A DNA stretch of 64,000 nt from an uncultured Desulfatitalea sp. (GCA_963668675.2 CAXXMB010000001.1:736001-800000); one strand, 5' to 3'. Shown: positions 28,916 through 38,150, counted from the first letter of the stretch. The notes: generated by a model from the letters alone, not told the origin. Numbers and translations: made by a program.

Positions 28916-30709
28916 ATGGCTGATACCACATGGGTCTATATCTTTTTGGGAATTTACATCATCTATTGCTTTTATTGGGGGCTGAAAGGCTATTTTACCG
29001 AGAAAACATCAGCAGGCTACGCTATTGCAGGTCGTTCGATACCTTTTTTCGCCTTTCTCATGGCGGCAACCGCCGCCTCGTTCAGTGGCTGGACCTTTAT
29101 CGGGCACCCTGGACTGATATGGCGTGATGGCTTGGCCTATGCCTTTGCATCGTTCTATGTATTGACCATTCCTATCACCGGAACATTTTTCTCCAAACGA
29201 ACCTGGTTGATGGGCAAGCGATATGGATTTATTACACCTGGCGACATGTATGCCTACTACTACAACACCGAAGCCGTTCGTTGGCTGACGGTGTTTACCG
29301 CTTTCCTTTACTCCATGTTCTATTCAGCGGTTCAACTGATGGCATCGGCAGCCCTGTTTCACTATGTGGCGGGTGTGCCGGTCACCTTCGGCGCCATTTT
29401 CATGGCGTTTATCGTCTGGTTTTATGTCTGTACGGGTGGCCTGAAAGCGAGTACCTGGGTCGGGGTCATCCAGTTTATTCTTCTGGTCGGCGGTATCATT
29501 TTGTTGGGTTCCTATATGATCGCCCCGCCGGACGCATGGACCGGATGGACGCAATTCTCGGCTGAGGTTGCCAAACTGCCGTCCATTCAGTTGGAAGTTC
29601 CAAGGATCATCAACTTCGGCCTTGGCGGTGCTGAGGGCGAAAGTGCCTGGACCGCTGTAATGGTTCTCTCCTACATGTTTGCTCTCATGGGCATCCAATC
29701 ATCACCGGCCTTCACGATGTGGACCTTCGGCATCAAGTCTCCGAAGCCGTTGGCCTGGCAGCAGGCATTCATGTCCACCTTCGTCGTCGGGTTTGCCCTT
29801 TTCTTCTTTACCGCTTTTCAGGGGATGGGCGCCAAGGTACTCGAAGTCAAAGGCATCATGGAATTCGCAAAGGATTCAGATGTCGTGCCGCTGTTGATGA
29901 CCAAGTATCTGCCAGGCTTTGCGCTGGGTCTGGTCTTCATGGGGGCGATCGCGGCTATTCATTCAACCGCCGCACCCTATATCGGGACAGGGGGATCGAT
30001 CCTGTTGCGCGATGTTTACTACAGATACATCCGCCAGCAGAAAGCAGGACATGCTGAGCAGATTTGGATGAACCGTCTTCTGGCCACCCTGGTGACCGTA
30101 GCGGCTCTGACCGTGGGGCTGACATCCAAGGCCGCGTTGGTTATTTTGGGGGCTTTGGCAACGGCCTTCGGATTTGTCATGTACGTTATGCTCGTCGGGG
30201 TGATATGGGGATTCCGCTTCCCGAGCATAGGGGCCACGCTTGGCGTGCTGTCCGGTATGGTTGCGGTTTTTCTGACCTACTATGTATGGCGCAACCCGCT
30301 GTCCATGCATTGCGCTTTCTGGGGCACCTTCACAGGATTGGTCGTGGCTTATCTTTGCCGCGGCTTGGGATTTAAAGACAACGAAGAGACGATCAAGCGC
30401 CAGGCGGAGGTGCGCGCTTTTCTTGACGACATCGATGCACCGTCGGAAGCGGGTCAAAAGTGGCGAAACGCGTTGAAGATCATAGTGCCACTGTGGTACT
30501 TTTTCGCCATTGGCCCAGCTTGTATTCTCGGCAACAACGCCTTTTCGTTTGCCGGTTTTCCGCCGCTGTGGTCATGGCAGATCGCGTGGTGGATCCTTGG
30601 TATTATCATGATGTGGGCACTCTGCTTCAAGGCTGAAATGGCCACGACCAATGCTACCCAGATCGATCGGGCAGAGAAGGAAACCATGATTGTCATCAAG
30701 GAAGCCTAA
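28916..30709 (+). CDS. Sodium:solute symporter (SSS) family transporter, probably acetate/monocarboxylate
   Basis: Many TM helices, YAIAGRS, SGWTFIGHPG, YVCTGGLKA, AAIHST; AGGAGG RBS; substrate inferred from acs adjacency. Confidence 0.85.
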   Translation: MADTTWVYIFLGIYIIYCFYWGLKGYFTEKTSAGYAIAGRSIPFFAFLMAATAASFSGWTFIGHPGLIWRDGLAYAFASFYVLTIPITGTFFSKRTWLMGKRYGFITPGDMYAYYYNTEAVRWLTVFTAFLYSMFYSAVQLMASAALFHYVAGVPVTFGAIFMAFIVWFYVCTGGLKASTWVGVIQFILLVGGIILLGSYMIAPPDAWTGWTQFSAEVAKLPSIQLEVPRIINFGLGGAEGESAWTAVMVLSYMFALMGIQSSPAFTMWTFGIKSPKPLAWQQAFMSTFVVGFALFFFTAFQGMGAKVLEVKGIMEFAKDSDVVPLLMTKYLPGFALGLVFMGAIAAIHSTAAPYIGTGGSILLRDVYYRYIRQQKAGHAEQIWMNRLLATLVTVAALTVGLTSKAALVILGALATAFGFVMYVMLVGVIWGFRFPSIGATLGVLSGMVAVFLTYYVWRNPLSMHCAFWGTFTGLVVAYLCRGLGFKDNEETIKRQAEVRAFLDDIDAPSEAGQKWRNALKIIVPLWYFFAIGPACILGNNAFSFAGFPPLWSWQIAWWILGIIMMWALCFKAEMATTNATQIDRAEKETMIVIKEA

Positions 30710-30734
30710 CCGATAGAAAAAGGAGATAACTATC

Positions 30735-30821
30735 ATGAAACATGAAGATTATTGGATGGTTGGAATCGTAGCCTTCTGCGTGCTCTGGACAGCCGCATTC
30801 GGTTGGGGATTCTTCGGATAG
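30735..30821 (+). CDS. 28-aa single-TM micro-protein MKHEDYWMVGIVAFCVLWTAAFGWGFFG
   Basis: Read from sequence; AAAGGAG RBS upstream, 25 nt after the symporter stop, followed by a 15-bp hairpin; below the ORF-track cutoff. Confidence 0.65.
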   Translation: MKHEDYWMVGIVAFCVLWTAAFGWGFFG

Positions 30822-30838
30822 TCCATGGGGTTAAACAA

Positions 30839-30887
30839 CTTCGACAGCAAGGGCAGCGCAAAACTTCGCGCACCCTTGCTGTCGAAG
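30839..30887 (+). terminator. 15-bp stem-loop after the micro-protein gene
   Basis: CTTCGACAGCAAGGG-N19-CCCTTGCTGTCGAAG; no clear U-tract on + strand. Confidence 0.45.
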
Positions 30888-30962
30888 AAGACAAAATTGC
30901 CAAAAAGAGTTCGTATATGCCTTGAGGAGAAAAATCTCCTCCACAGTTTTTAAGGGAGGCTT

Positions 30963-31202
30963 GTGATGATAGTAGCGCTCGCACCCAAAATGGTGGAATG
31001 CAAGTGTGGCAATACCTTTGAAGCAACGCAACACAAGACATGGTGCCAGAAATGTTGCCGGCCGGTCTTTTACCATGAAAAGGATCAGCGCCGTTACAAG
31101 ATCACCAATCTATACATGATCGGCGTGATGGCCATGGTCATGATGTTCATCGCCTATATTTTCGTTGAAATGATCGCTGCGCCACTCTTGTCCATGCAGT
31201 AG
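30963..31202 (+). CDS. Small Zn-ribbon-like protein with C-terminal TM helix
   Basis: CKC...CQKC, hydrophobic C-terminus; GGGAGG RBS. Confidence 0.65.
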   Translation: MMIVALAPKMVECKCGNTFEATQHKTWCQKCCRPVFYHEKDQRRYKITNLYMIGVMAMVMMFIAYIFVEMIAAPLLSMQ

Positions 31203-31298
31203 CGTTCCAGTCTGACAGTATGCCCAACTCTGATTGTGGGAAACGCTATTTTTGCCGGCCCACTACTCATGTTGGAAACAGCAGAGGAGGGCTGAAGC

Positions 31299-33467
31299 GT
31301 GAAGACCCAAAATAAATTCTGGTGGTTCGTTGCGGTAGCGCTAACCGTCACGCTTTTGGCCCTGTGTACCATCTGTGTACTTTTCTGGCAGCAATTATCC
31401 ATTGAGCAAAAGGGACTGCTGCTGACCATTTTCAAAGAGTACTTCGTCTATCTGTTCACCCTTATCTTTCTTCTTTTTACCCTATTGGGATTCGCACTGG
31501 ACTGGGTGTTCAGGTTCTACATCATTCCTGTAAACCAACTCGCCGAAGAGACCCGCCTGCTATATACTGTAAATCCTTCCCACACGATCGATGTGGATGG
31601 CAGCCATGATTTGATGCGACTTGCCGATATCATCAAAGAGAATGCACAGCAACAGGTCGATTTCAGAAAAAGCGTGGAAGTGCAGTTGCGCCGCGCGAAA
31701 ACGGAGACCGAATCCGAAAGAAACATCCTGGCCGCCATGCTGGAGGATTTACCGCAAGGTATCCTGGTCTGCAATATGGATGGGGTGATTGTCTTTTATA
31801 ATCGCAAAATAAAGGGGATGCTCACACACCACCAGTTGTCCGAAACCGTCGCGGCTGAAGACATGAAACTGTTGATCGGGATAGGCCGTTCCCTCTTTTC
31901 GTTTTTGGATAGAGGGTTGATTATGCCGGCCCTTGACCGAATCGCTGAGAAGCTTTCCATGGGGGAACAGGTGTTCAGTGAGCGCTTTCTAATTGAAACA
32001 CAGGCCAGGACAATCCTGCCGGCCCAAATTCTTCCAGTACTCGACAGCCAGCACCACTTATCAGGGTTCATCCTCTACATCGAGGACCAGGCAGATCGGC
32101 TGAAAAAGGACAAGGAGTCCTCCAAACGTCTGCTGGCCTGGCAGCACGAAATGACCCAGGCTGTCTCGGTGATCAAATCGACCTCCGAGTTACTTGGTGA
32201 TGAAACCGACGGCCTTTCGGAAGAGAGTCGGACATTGATTGGGCTTGTCGCCAAAGAGGCCGATCTGGTGGCGGGGTTGTTGAAAAGACAGGATATCACG
32301 AACCAATGGTCACCTAACAAACCCTGGCCCCTTACGCCCATCGATGCCATAGAGTGGCTGCGTTTTCTTAGCTATCGATCGGAGGAGATACTGCAACTCA
32401 AACTCGATATCGATGCCGACGAGGGGGCAGGGCAGATCAGTGTCGACATTCACCATTTGACCAGCGCCCTGTTGTTCGTGCTGGCCAAAGTCATAGAATC
32501 GGTTGAGGTGTCATCCGTCGCAGGACGTCTTTTTGCCAAAGGGAGTTGGATCTATCTCGATTTGAGTTGGGAAGGCGTGCCCATAGAGGCGGAGATCCTC
32601 ACCCGCTGGAAACAGAGCCTTCCAAGGCTCAAAACTGTTGAATCAACCATACCGCTTAAGGAGATTTTAAGTGCGCATGGGGCCAAGCTCTGGATTCTAA
32701 GCGACGATACGAAGCGGGGAAGGGCAGGGCTGCGCTTGTTGATTCCAATGATAGAGAACGCAGAAATCGTCTTGGTGGACGGTTTGACCACTGTGTTACC
32801 TGATTCCCGCCCGGAGTTTTACGATTTCGACCTGTTCAAAAGCAGCGATCAGAACACCAGTCTTAATGACCAGTTGTTGACGGAACTGAGCTATACCGTC
32901 TTCGATACGGAAACCACCGGATTAGATCCCCATGGGGGCGACGAGATCATCTCAATTGGCGCCGTCCGTATTGTGAACGGGCGCCTTTTGCTAAACGACA
33001 AGTTCGATCAACTGATCAATCCGGACCGAACACTGCCGTGGGCCTCGGTAAAGTATCACGGTATTCGACCGGAGATGCTCGCCGACCAGCCATACATCGC
33101 AGAGGTACTGCCGCGTTTTCATGCGTTCACACAGGGTACTGTGCTGGTCGGGCACAACGTGGCCTTCGATATGCGCATGCTGCAGATGAAAGAGCGTCAG
33201 ACAGGTATCTGTTTTACCAATCCTATTCTCGATACCATGCTGCTTTCAGATGTTGTTCATCCAGCCCACTCGAAACACAATCTGCAATCGGTCGCAGACC
33301 GATTGGGAGTTCGTATCATGGGCCGCCACACCGCTTTGGGGGATGCCACCGCCACCGGAGAGATCTTTCTTCGTCTGATTCCCTTGCTGGCCGCCCAGGG
33401 CATAAGAACTTTCCAGGAAGCGATAGGGGCATCGCAGAAAAGCCTCTATGCAAAGCTGAAATATTGA
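31299..33467 (+). CDS. Membrane-anchored PAS-domain DEDDh (DnaQ-like) 3'-5' exonuclease
   Basis: Two TM helices, PAS (LEDLPQGILVCNMDGVIVFYN), degenerate kinase-like middle region, ExoI VFDTETTG, ExoII HNVAFD, ExoIII HTALGDA; GGAGG RBS before GTG. Confidence 0.85.
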   Translation: MKTQNKFWWFVAVALTVTLLALCTICVLFWQQLSIEQKGLLLTIFKEYFVYLFTLIFLLFTLLGFALDWVFRFYIIPVNQLAEETRLLYTVNPSHTIDVDGSHDLMRLADIIKENAQQQVDFRKSVEVQLRRAKTETESERNILAAMLEDLPQGILVCNMDGVIVFYNRKIKGMLTHHQLSETVAAEDMKLLIGIGRSLFSFLDRGLIMPALDRIAEKLSMGEQVFSERFLIETQARTILPAQILPVLDSQHHLSGFILYIEDQADRLKKDKESSKRLLAWQHEMTQAVSVIKSTSELLGDETDGLSEESRTLIGLVAKEADLVAGLLKRQDITNQWSPNKPWPLTPIDAIEWLRFLSYRSEEILQLKLDIDADEGAGQISVDIHHLTSALLFVLAKVIESVEVSSVAGRLFAKGSWIYLDLSWEGVPIEAEILTRWKQSLPRLKTVESTIPLKEILSAHGAKLWILSDDTKRGRAGLRLLIPMIENAEIVLVDGLTTVLPDSRPEFYDFDLFKSSDQNTSLNDQLLTELSYTVFDTETTGLDPHGGDEIISIGAVRIVNGRLLLNDKFDQLINPDRTLPWASVKYHGIRPEMLADQPYIAEVLPRFHAFTQGTVLVGHNVAFDMRMLQMKERQTGICFTNPILDTMLLSDVVHPAHSKHNLQSVADRLGVRIMGRHTALGDATATGEIFLRLIPLLAAQGIRTFQEAIGASQKSLYAKLKY

Positions 33468-33646
33468 TGGTTTGCACGATCTTCTCCCATCTCTTCCAAC
33501 AGATATAGAAAACGTGAAATTTTTTCCGTCGAAGGCCTGCCAAAGGCAATGCATATCATTAAATGGTGATATGTGCCTGAACGCATTTCTGACAACAGTT
33601 GTAAAATGTGATAGTAAGCGGTTCGGTCTCCAATTTGAGGTGAGCG

Positions 33647-35050
33647 GTGAAGGTTCGTATCTCCAATAAACTACATCTCTCCTCGGTGCCTGATTCCATT
33701 TATGAGGAGCTTGTCTCCATGTTGCAGTTTACCAATCCAAAGTGGATTGAAAACGAACGCATGGGGCGTTGGAACAGGGGTGTTCCCAAAACGCTGAAAT
33801 TCTTCAGGCGCAACGGAACGGATGGGCTGGTGATCCCGCGCGGCATTATGCGGCAGTTGATTCTGATGGCGCGAAAGCAGGATGAGCCTGTGGTGATCCA
33901 GGATCTCAGGCGCAAAGCTGCAGAAGTGACATTTCGATTCAACGGACGCTTGCGTCCTTTTCAAACCATTGCCGTTACTGCCATGTTGTCGAAAGACTTC
34001 GGAACCTTGAGTGCCCCTACGGGTAGTGGCAAAACGGTGATGGCCCTGTGGATGATTGCCCAGCGAAGGCAGCCGACCCTTATTGTCGTTCACACCAAAG
34101 AGCTCGCCCGGCAGTGGGTCCAGAGGATTGGTGAACATCTGGGCATTGCTTCGGAGCAGGTGGGCGTGATCGGTGGCGGAAAGCAGAGAGTAGGAGAATC
34201 CATCACGGTGGCCATGGTGCAGTCTCTGTACAAATGCGCCGATGACATTGCGCCTGCCATCGGCCATTTGGTGGTGGATGAATGCCACCGAGCCCCCAGC
34301 CGCACCTTCACTGAAGCGGTAACCGCATTTGACGCCCACTACATGCTGGGACTGTCGGCCACCCCCTGGCGCCGCGATCGTCTCTCCAAATTGATTTTCT
34401 GGCACCTGGGAGATATCCATCATGAGGTACAGGTCGGCGACTTGGTCGCTTCCGGACATATTCTCGATATCGATGTGGTGTTTCGCCCCACCACTTTTGT
34501 CTCTTATGCAGACCCGGTCAACGAGTACAGCAAGATGCTTGCCGAACTGACCCATCATGACGAGCGTAACCGTATGATCGCCGCAGATGTCTTCACGGCG
34601 TTGGGCGGACAATGCAAATCCGGCGTTGGCCTGGTCCTCTCCGATCGCAAAAATCACTGCCAGGTGCTCAAGGCCTTGCTTCAGCACAAGTATCATCTCC
34701 CTGTGGGCCTGCTGACCGGTGACGTATCGCCGGAGCAGCGCGATGCTGTCGTCGATCGGCTCAATTCAGGAGAGATCCGGGTGTTGGTGGCGACGGGGCA
34801 ACTCGTCGGGGAGGGATTCGATTGTCCAAAGCTTTCAACACTGTTTCTGGCCACGCCGGTTCGCTTCAGCGGTCGCATTGTCCAGTACCTGGGACGGGTT
34901 TTAAGACCATCGGCGGGTGTCGAGCGCGCCAAGGTTTACGACTATGTGGATGAACATGTGGCGCCGTTGAAGGCTGCTGCCAGGGCGAGGCTAAAGGTTT
35001 ATGCCCAGATGCAGCGTGAGGGGACGATGGAGGGTGAAGATCGGCTATAG
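33647..35050 (+). CDS. Superfamily II DEAD/DEAH helicase (ResIII/XPB-like)
   Basis: LRPFQ, APTGSGKT, DECH, GLSATP, EGFD, QYLGRVLR. Confidence 0.9.
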   Translation: MKVRISNKLHLSSVPDSIYEELVSMLQFTNPKWIENERMGRWNRGVPKTLKFFRRNGTDGLVIPRGIMRQLILMARKQDEPVVIQDLRRKAAEVTFRFNGRLRPFQTIAVTAMLSKDFGTLSAPTGSGKTVMALWMIAQRRQPTLIVVHTKELARQWVQRIGEHLGIASEQVGVIGGGKQRVGESITVAMVQSLYKCADDIAPAIGHLVVDECHRAPSRTFTEAVTAFDAHYMLGLSATPWRRDRLSKLIFWHLGDIHHEVQVGDLVASGHILDIDVVFRPTTFVSYADPVNEYSKMLAELTHHDERNRMIAADVFTALGGQCKSGVGLVLSDRKNHCQVLKALLQHKYHLPVGLLTGDVSPEQRDAVVDRLNSGEIRVLVATGQLVGEGFDCPKLSTLFLATPVRFSGRIVQYLGRVLRPSAGVERAKVYDYVDEHVAPLKAAARARLKVYAQMQREGTMEGEDRL

Positions 35051-35051
35051 G

Positions 35052-35218
35052 AACAAGCGTGGAGCAGCAGCCGGTTGGAGCCCACAACATGAAGGTTTCA
35101 CGGTCCGTCCTGCCGGCCGTGACCGCCGTTTCCCGACGGATATGGCCGCCGCCATAAGGCCACGGTGCGATGGAAGCAACATGTTGGTGCCGTTAGGTCC
35201 TGCTGCCCCACACTTGTT
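35052..35218. other. Long self-complementary, multi-hairpin intergenic element (possible structured RNA or repeat)
   Basis: 35052-35070 pairs with 35200-35218 (17/19); CAACATG/CATGTTG inner stem; three internal hairpins. Confidence 0.4.
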
Positions 35219-35229
35219 TGCACAAATTT

Positions 35230-35697
35230 TTAATTAACACTACCCGATGTATAATTCTTCAGCAGGTGATCCAGTTTGAGTTTCTGTTTGTTTGTCAACC
35301 CCCCAAATTTTACAGCCAGATGCTTCATCCTTAGAACGTCAAAAGCGGTATCGGAAGCAATTGAACGGTCTTCGATCGCTTGAAATGGCAGATGGCTCAA
35401 ATGGAAATCTTCATCGAGGAAGAGAATATCCATTTCGCAGTTCTGGTTGAGTATGCGATCGCTTGCAATGTAGCAAAAAGAGAGACCGCTGCGGCTGATT
35501 TCGACAATTTCACCCATGCAAGGCGGTTTGGATTTGATTATGGCCATTGCTATTTCACCCTTGCTCATGGTTTCGATCTGCTCCAACAGATGGTTGTCGG
35601 ATCGTACGATGGCAAACACCCGATTGTTGACAAGGTATCGCTTATGTTGACGTCTCTCTTTTTTGTTGCCGATGCTTGTTCCTCTTATGTCTGGCAT
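35230..35697 (-). CDS. PilZ domain protein
   Basis: ERRQHKRY (RxxxR) and EISRSG; GGAGG RBS. Confidence 0.75.
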   Translation of the reverse strand: MPDIRGTSIGNKKERRQHKRYLVNNRVFAIVRSDNHLLEQIETMSKGEIAMAIIKSKPPCMGEIVEISRSGLSFCYIASDRILNQNCEMDILFLDEDFHLSHLPFQAIEDRSIASDTAFDVLRMKHLAVKFGGLTNKQKLKLDHLLKNYTSGSVN

Positions 35698-36100
35698 GAT
35701 TGGACCCTCCAGAGCTGTGGTTCATTGCAGGCAAACCTGCCTGTGCGCTTACTGGTCCGCCGATTCAGGGGCGGACAAAGTGATATGTTTCCCGATTGAG
35801 ACGAATTCGGTTCGTCGTGTCGTTGCGTTAATAGAAACGTCGAATGTCAGCGTCAGTTTCATTGTGAGGGGCAGGTGGATGTATTTCTATGTGCGATCGC
35901 CAGGGGCGTTTTTTTATTCGCAATCGATTGATGTGCAGTGATTTACAGCGTGTGGATTGCATTTTTTGTGTGTTCTTTAAAAATACTCGGCAACTCCACT
36001 GGGTGTCAAGCGGAAAATAGAAAGCAACTCACGGGAAGAGAAGAGCGCTTGAATCAACAATGGGATATACGGTGTCGTTTCAAGAAGTGGTGGTGTCTCT

Positions 36101-36706
36101 CTATTCTGACGTTTCTTTCACGGGTGACATCTGTTCCACAACCGTTGCTTTCGTAATAATAATAGGATCTACAGGCACGTCCTTGTAACCGGATCGTTTA
36201 GTGGTGGGCGCATTTTCGATAGCAGTTACAACCTCAATGCCCTGGATGACTCGCCCGAAGACACAGTAGCCCCAACCGGAGGTGCTTTTGCGTTTGTAAT
36301 CGAGAAACGGATTGTCCTTTGCGTTGATGAAAAATTGGGCAGTGGCTGAATGAGGTGCTCGTGTGCGTGCCATGGAAATGGTGCCCTTCAGGTTCTTCAG
36401 GCCGTTGTCCGCTTCGTTGGAGATCGGGGCAAGGGTCTCCTTTTTGCGCATATCGGCCCCCAAGCCGCCGCCTTGTATCATAAACCCCTTGATCACACGG
36501 TGGAAGATGGTGTTGTTGTAAAAACCGTTTTTCACATACGCAAGAAAGTTCGCCGTGGTTTTGGGTGCGGCCAAGGCATTCAACTCAATGACAATGTTTC
36601 CTTTGGTCGTTTCCATTTGAACCCTTGGCATTTCGCTTTGAGCTTGGGCGACAGTAACGGTCAGAAAAAAGATTGCCAGGAGCCATTTAAAAAAGATGGA
36701 TGTCAT
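36101..36706 (-). CDS. ppiA: Periplasmic cyclophilin-type peptidyl-prolyl isomerase
   Basis: Signal peptide (AQA), FHRVIKGFMIQGGG, SATAQFFIN, GYCVFGRV; AAAAGGA RBS. Confidence 0.9.
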   Translation of the reverse strand: MTSIFFKWLLAIFFLTVTVAQAQSEMPRVQMETTKGNIVIELNALAAPKTTANFLAYVKNGFYNNTIFHRVIKGFMIQGGGLGADMRKKETLAPISNEADNGLKNLKGTISMARTRAPHSATAQFFINAKDNPFLDYKRKSTSGWGYCVFGRVIQGIEVVTAIENAPTTKRSGYKDVPVDPIIITKATVVEQMSPVKETSE

Positions 36707-36767
36707 CGTTATATCCTTTTTGGAAAAGGGGTGTGAACAGATACGTTGCATAGAGCCATTAATCATC

Positions 36768-37694
36768 TTATCGGCGGAAAATCAAGGGCCTGCGATCATC
36801 CAATCGGGTAATGCCTTCTTCCATCGCCACTTGCACGGCCTCACGATATGTTTTGGCCTCCAGTGGTTTCGAAAGGGACGGTGTCTCATGGGCCAGCCCG
36901 CATGGGCGATATTGGGGCATGATATTGACATAGGTCTGTTGCGAGATCTCTAAGGCAATGAACCGCATCACTTGCCGGGTTCCTGCCAAGCCGCCGGGAA
37001 GAACCAGGTGCCTTACCAAAAGACCGCGATAAGCCAAGCCCTTTTCATCTATTCTCAGATCTCCGACCTGACGATACATCTCTTTGAGTGCTCCACAGGC
37101 CACCTGGCGGTAGTCTTTGGCGTTGCAGGTCTGTTCAGCAATGGTCTCGTCCCAGAACTTGAAATCGGGCATGTAGATATCGATGACCCCATCGAGCAGT
37201 TTCAAGGTCTCGACCAAATCGTAGCCACCCGTATTGTATACCAGGGGAATAGAGAGGCCTTGACGGGCCGCCAACAGGGTTGCCCCGAGGATTTGAGGGA
37301 CGACATGGCTGGGTGTGACAAAATTGATATTGTGGCAGCCCATGGATTGGAGGCGAAGCATGATATCGGCTAGCTGGCGATCGGTCACAGCGGATCCGTC
37401 TCCCAGGTGGCTGATCTCATAATTTTGGCAAAAGTTGCACAACAGATTGCAATGGGTGAAAAAAATCGTTCCCGATCCATTGTTGCCGACCAGGGGGGCC
37501 TCTTCACCGAAGTGGGCATTGAAGCTGGCAACGACGGCTTTTTTTCCGGTTTGGCAGAAACCGGTTTCACCGCTATTTCGATCCGCTTTGCAGCGGCGTG
37601 GGCAAAGCGTGCAACAGGACATGGCCTTGACGGCCTGTTCGGTTTTGGCCTGCAGAGACTGCTCGCCAAGTTTTATATATGCGGGCTCATTCAT
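36768..37694 (-). CDS. PflX-family radical SAM protein
   Basis: CTLCPRRC, HFGEE, GSGTIFF-CxxxCxxC (CNLLCNFC), DIYMPDFK, RHLVLPG, MPQYRP. Confidence 0.88.
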   Translation of the reverse strand: MNEPAYIKLGEQSLQAKTEQAVKAMSCCTLCPRRCKADRNSGETGFCQTGKKAVVASFNAHFGEEAPLVGNNGSGTIFFTHCNLLCNFCQNYEISHLGDGSAVTDRQLADIMLRLQSMGCHNINFVTPSHVVPQILGATLLAARQGLSIPLVYNTGGYDLVETLKLLDGVIDIYMPDFKFWDETIAEQTCNAKDYRQVACGALKEMYRQVGDLRIDEKGLAYRGLLVRHLVLPGGLAGTRQVMRFIALEISQQTYVNIMPQYRPCGLAHETPSLSKPLEAKTYREAVQVAMEEGITRLDDRRPLIFRR

Positions 37695-37754
37695 TTGATG
37701 ATTCAGCCCAATCCCACTCCAGTGGCGGCCAATGGCAACGCTGGAGGAAGATCG

Positions 37755-38150
37755 CTATTCAAATGTCATGAACAGGCTGTCCTCCTTGCCTTCGGTCATG
37801 GGCTGGTTCTGTTTCCACTCGTGAATTGTACAGGCATTGCTCATCTCCGTCGGAACAATGCACCCGATGAAAGGCAGCACCGGGTCGCCGGCAAATGATT
37901 TGAAGTTGAGCATGACAGCCTCCTCTTGTGGCATCTGATCGAATTCGAGAAGCTGGCTGATAAAAATGTTGCATTGGCCCTCGAAGAATGTGGCAGATTC
38001 GCGGAATGACACCAAGCGTTCGCGGAACTTTTCAAGCGCCTGTTGAGATGACGAGGCTTGGATCATCATCGAAAATACGCCATAGCGGCGCTCTGTTTCA
38101 TTCTCATGCTGTTGATTGGTCAAGAATTGGAAGTTGGCTATGAAATACAT
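37755..38150 (-). CDS. Hypothetical protein
   Basis: 131-aa ORF with AGAGGA RBS, co-oriented between patB and pflX; no recognised motif. Confidence 0.65.
   Translation of the reverse strand: MYFIANFQFLTNQQHENETERRYGVFSMMIQASSSQQALEKFRERLVSFRESATFFEGQCNIFISQLLEFDQMPQEEAVMLNFKSFAGDPVLPFIGCIVPTEMSNACTIHEWKQNQPMTEGKEDSLFMTFE

Noticed and set aside
31299..33467. Calling this gene dnaQ (replicative proofreading subunit)
   Set aside because: TM and PAS architecture and acetate-locus context do not fit a Pol III epsilon subunit.
33647..35050. Helicase as part of a restriction or anti-phage system
   Set aside because: No methylase, nuclease or other defence gene adjacent; appears stand-alone.
35052..35218. 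6S RNA or tRNA identity for the structured element
   Set aside because: Multibranch interior rather than a rod with central bubble, no tRNA T-loop or CCA features, and not in the usual zapA/ygfA context; kept only as an unassigned structure.
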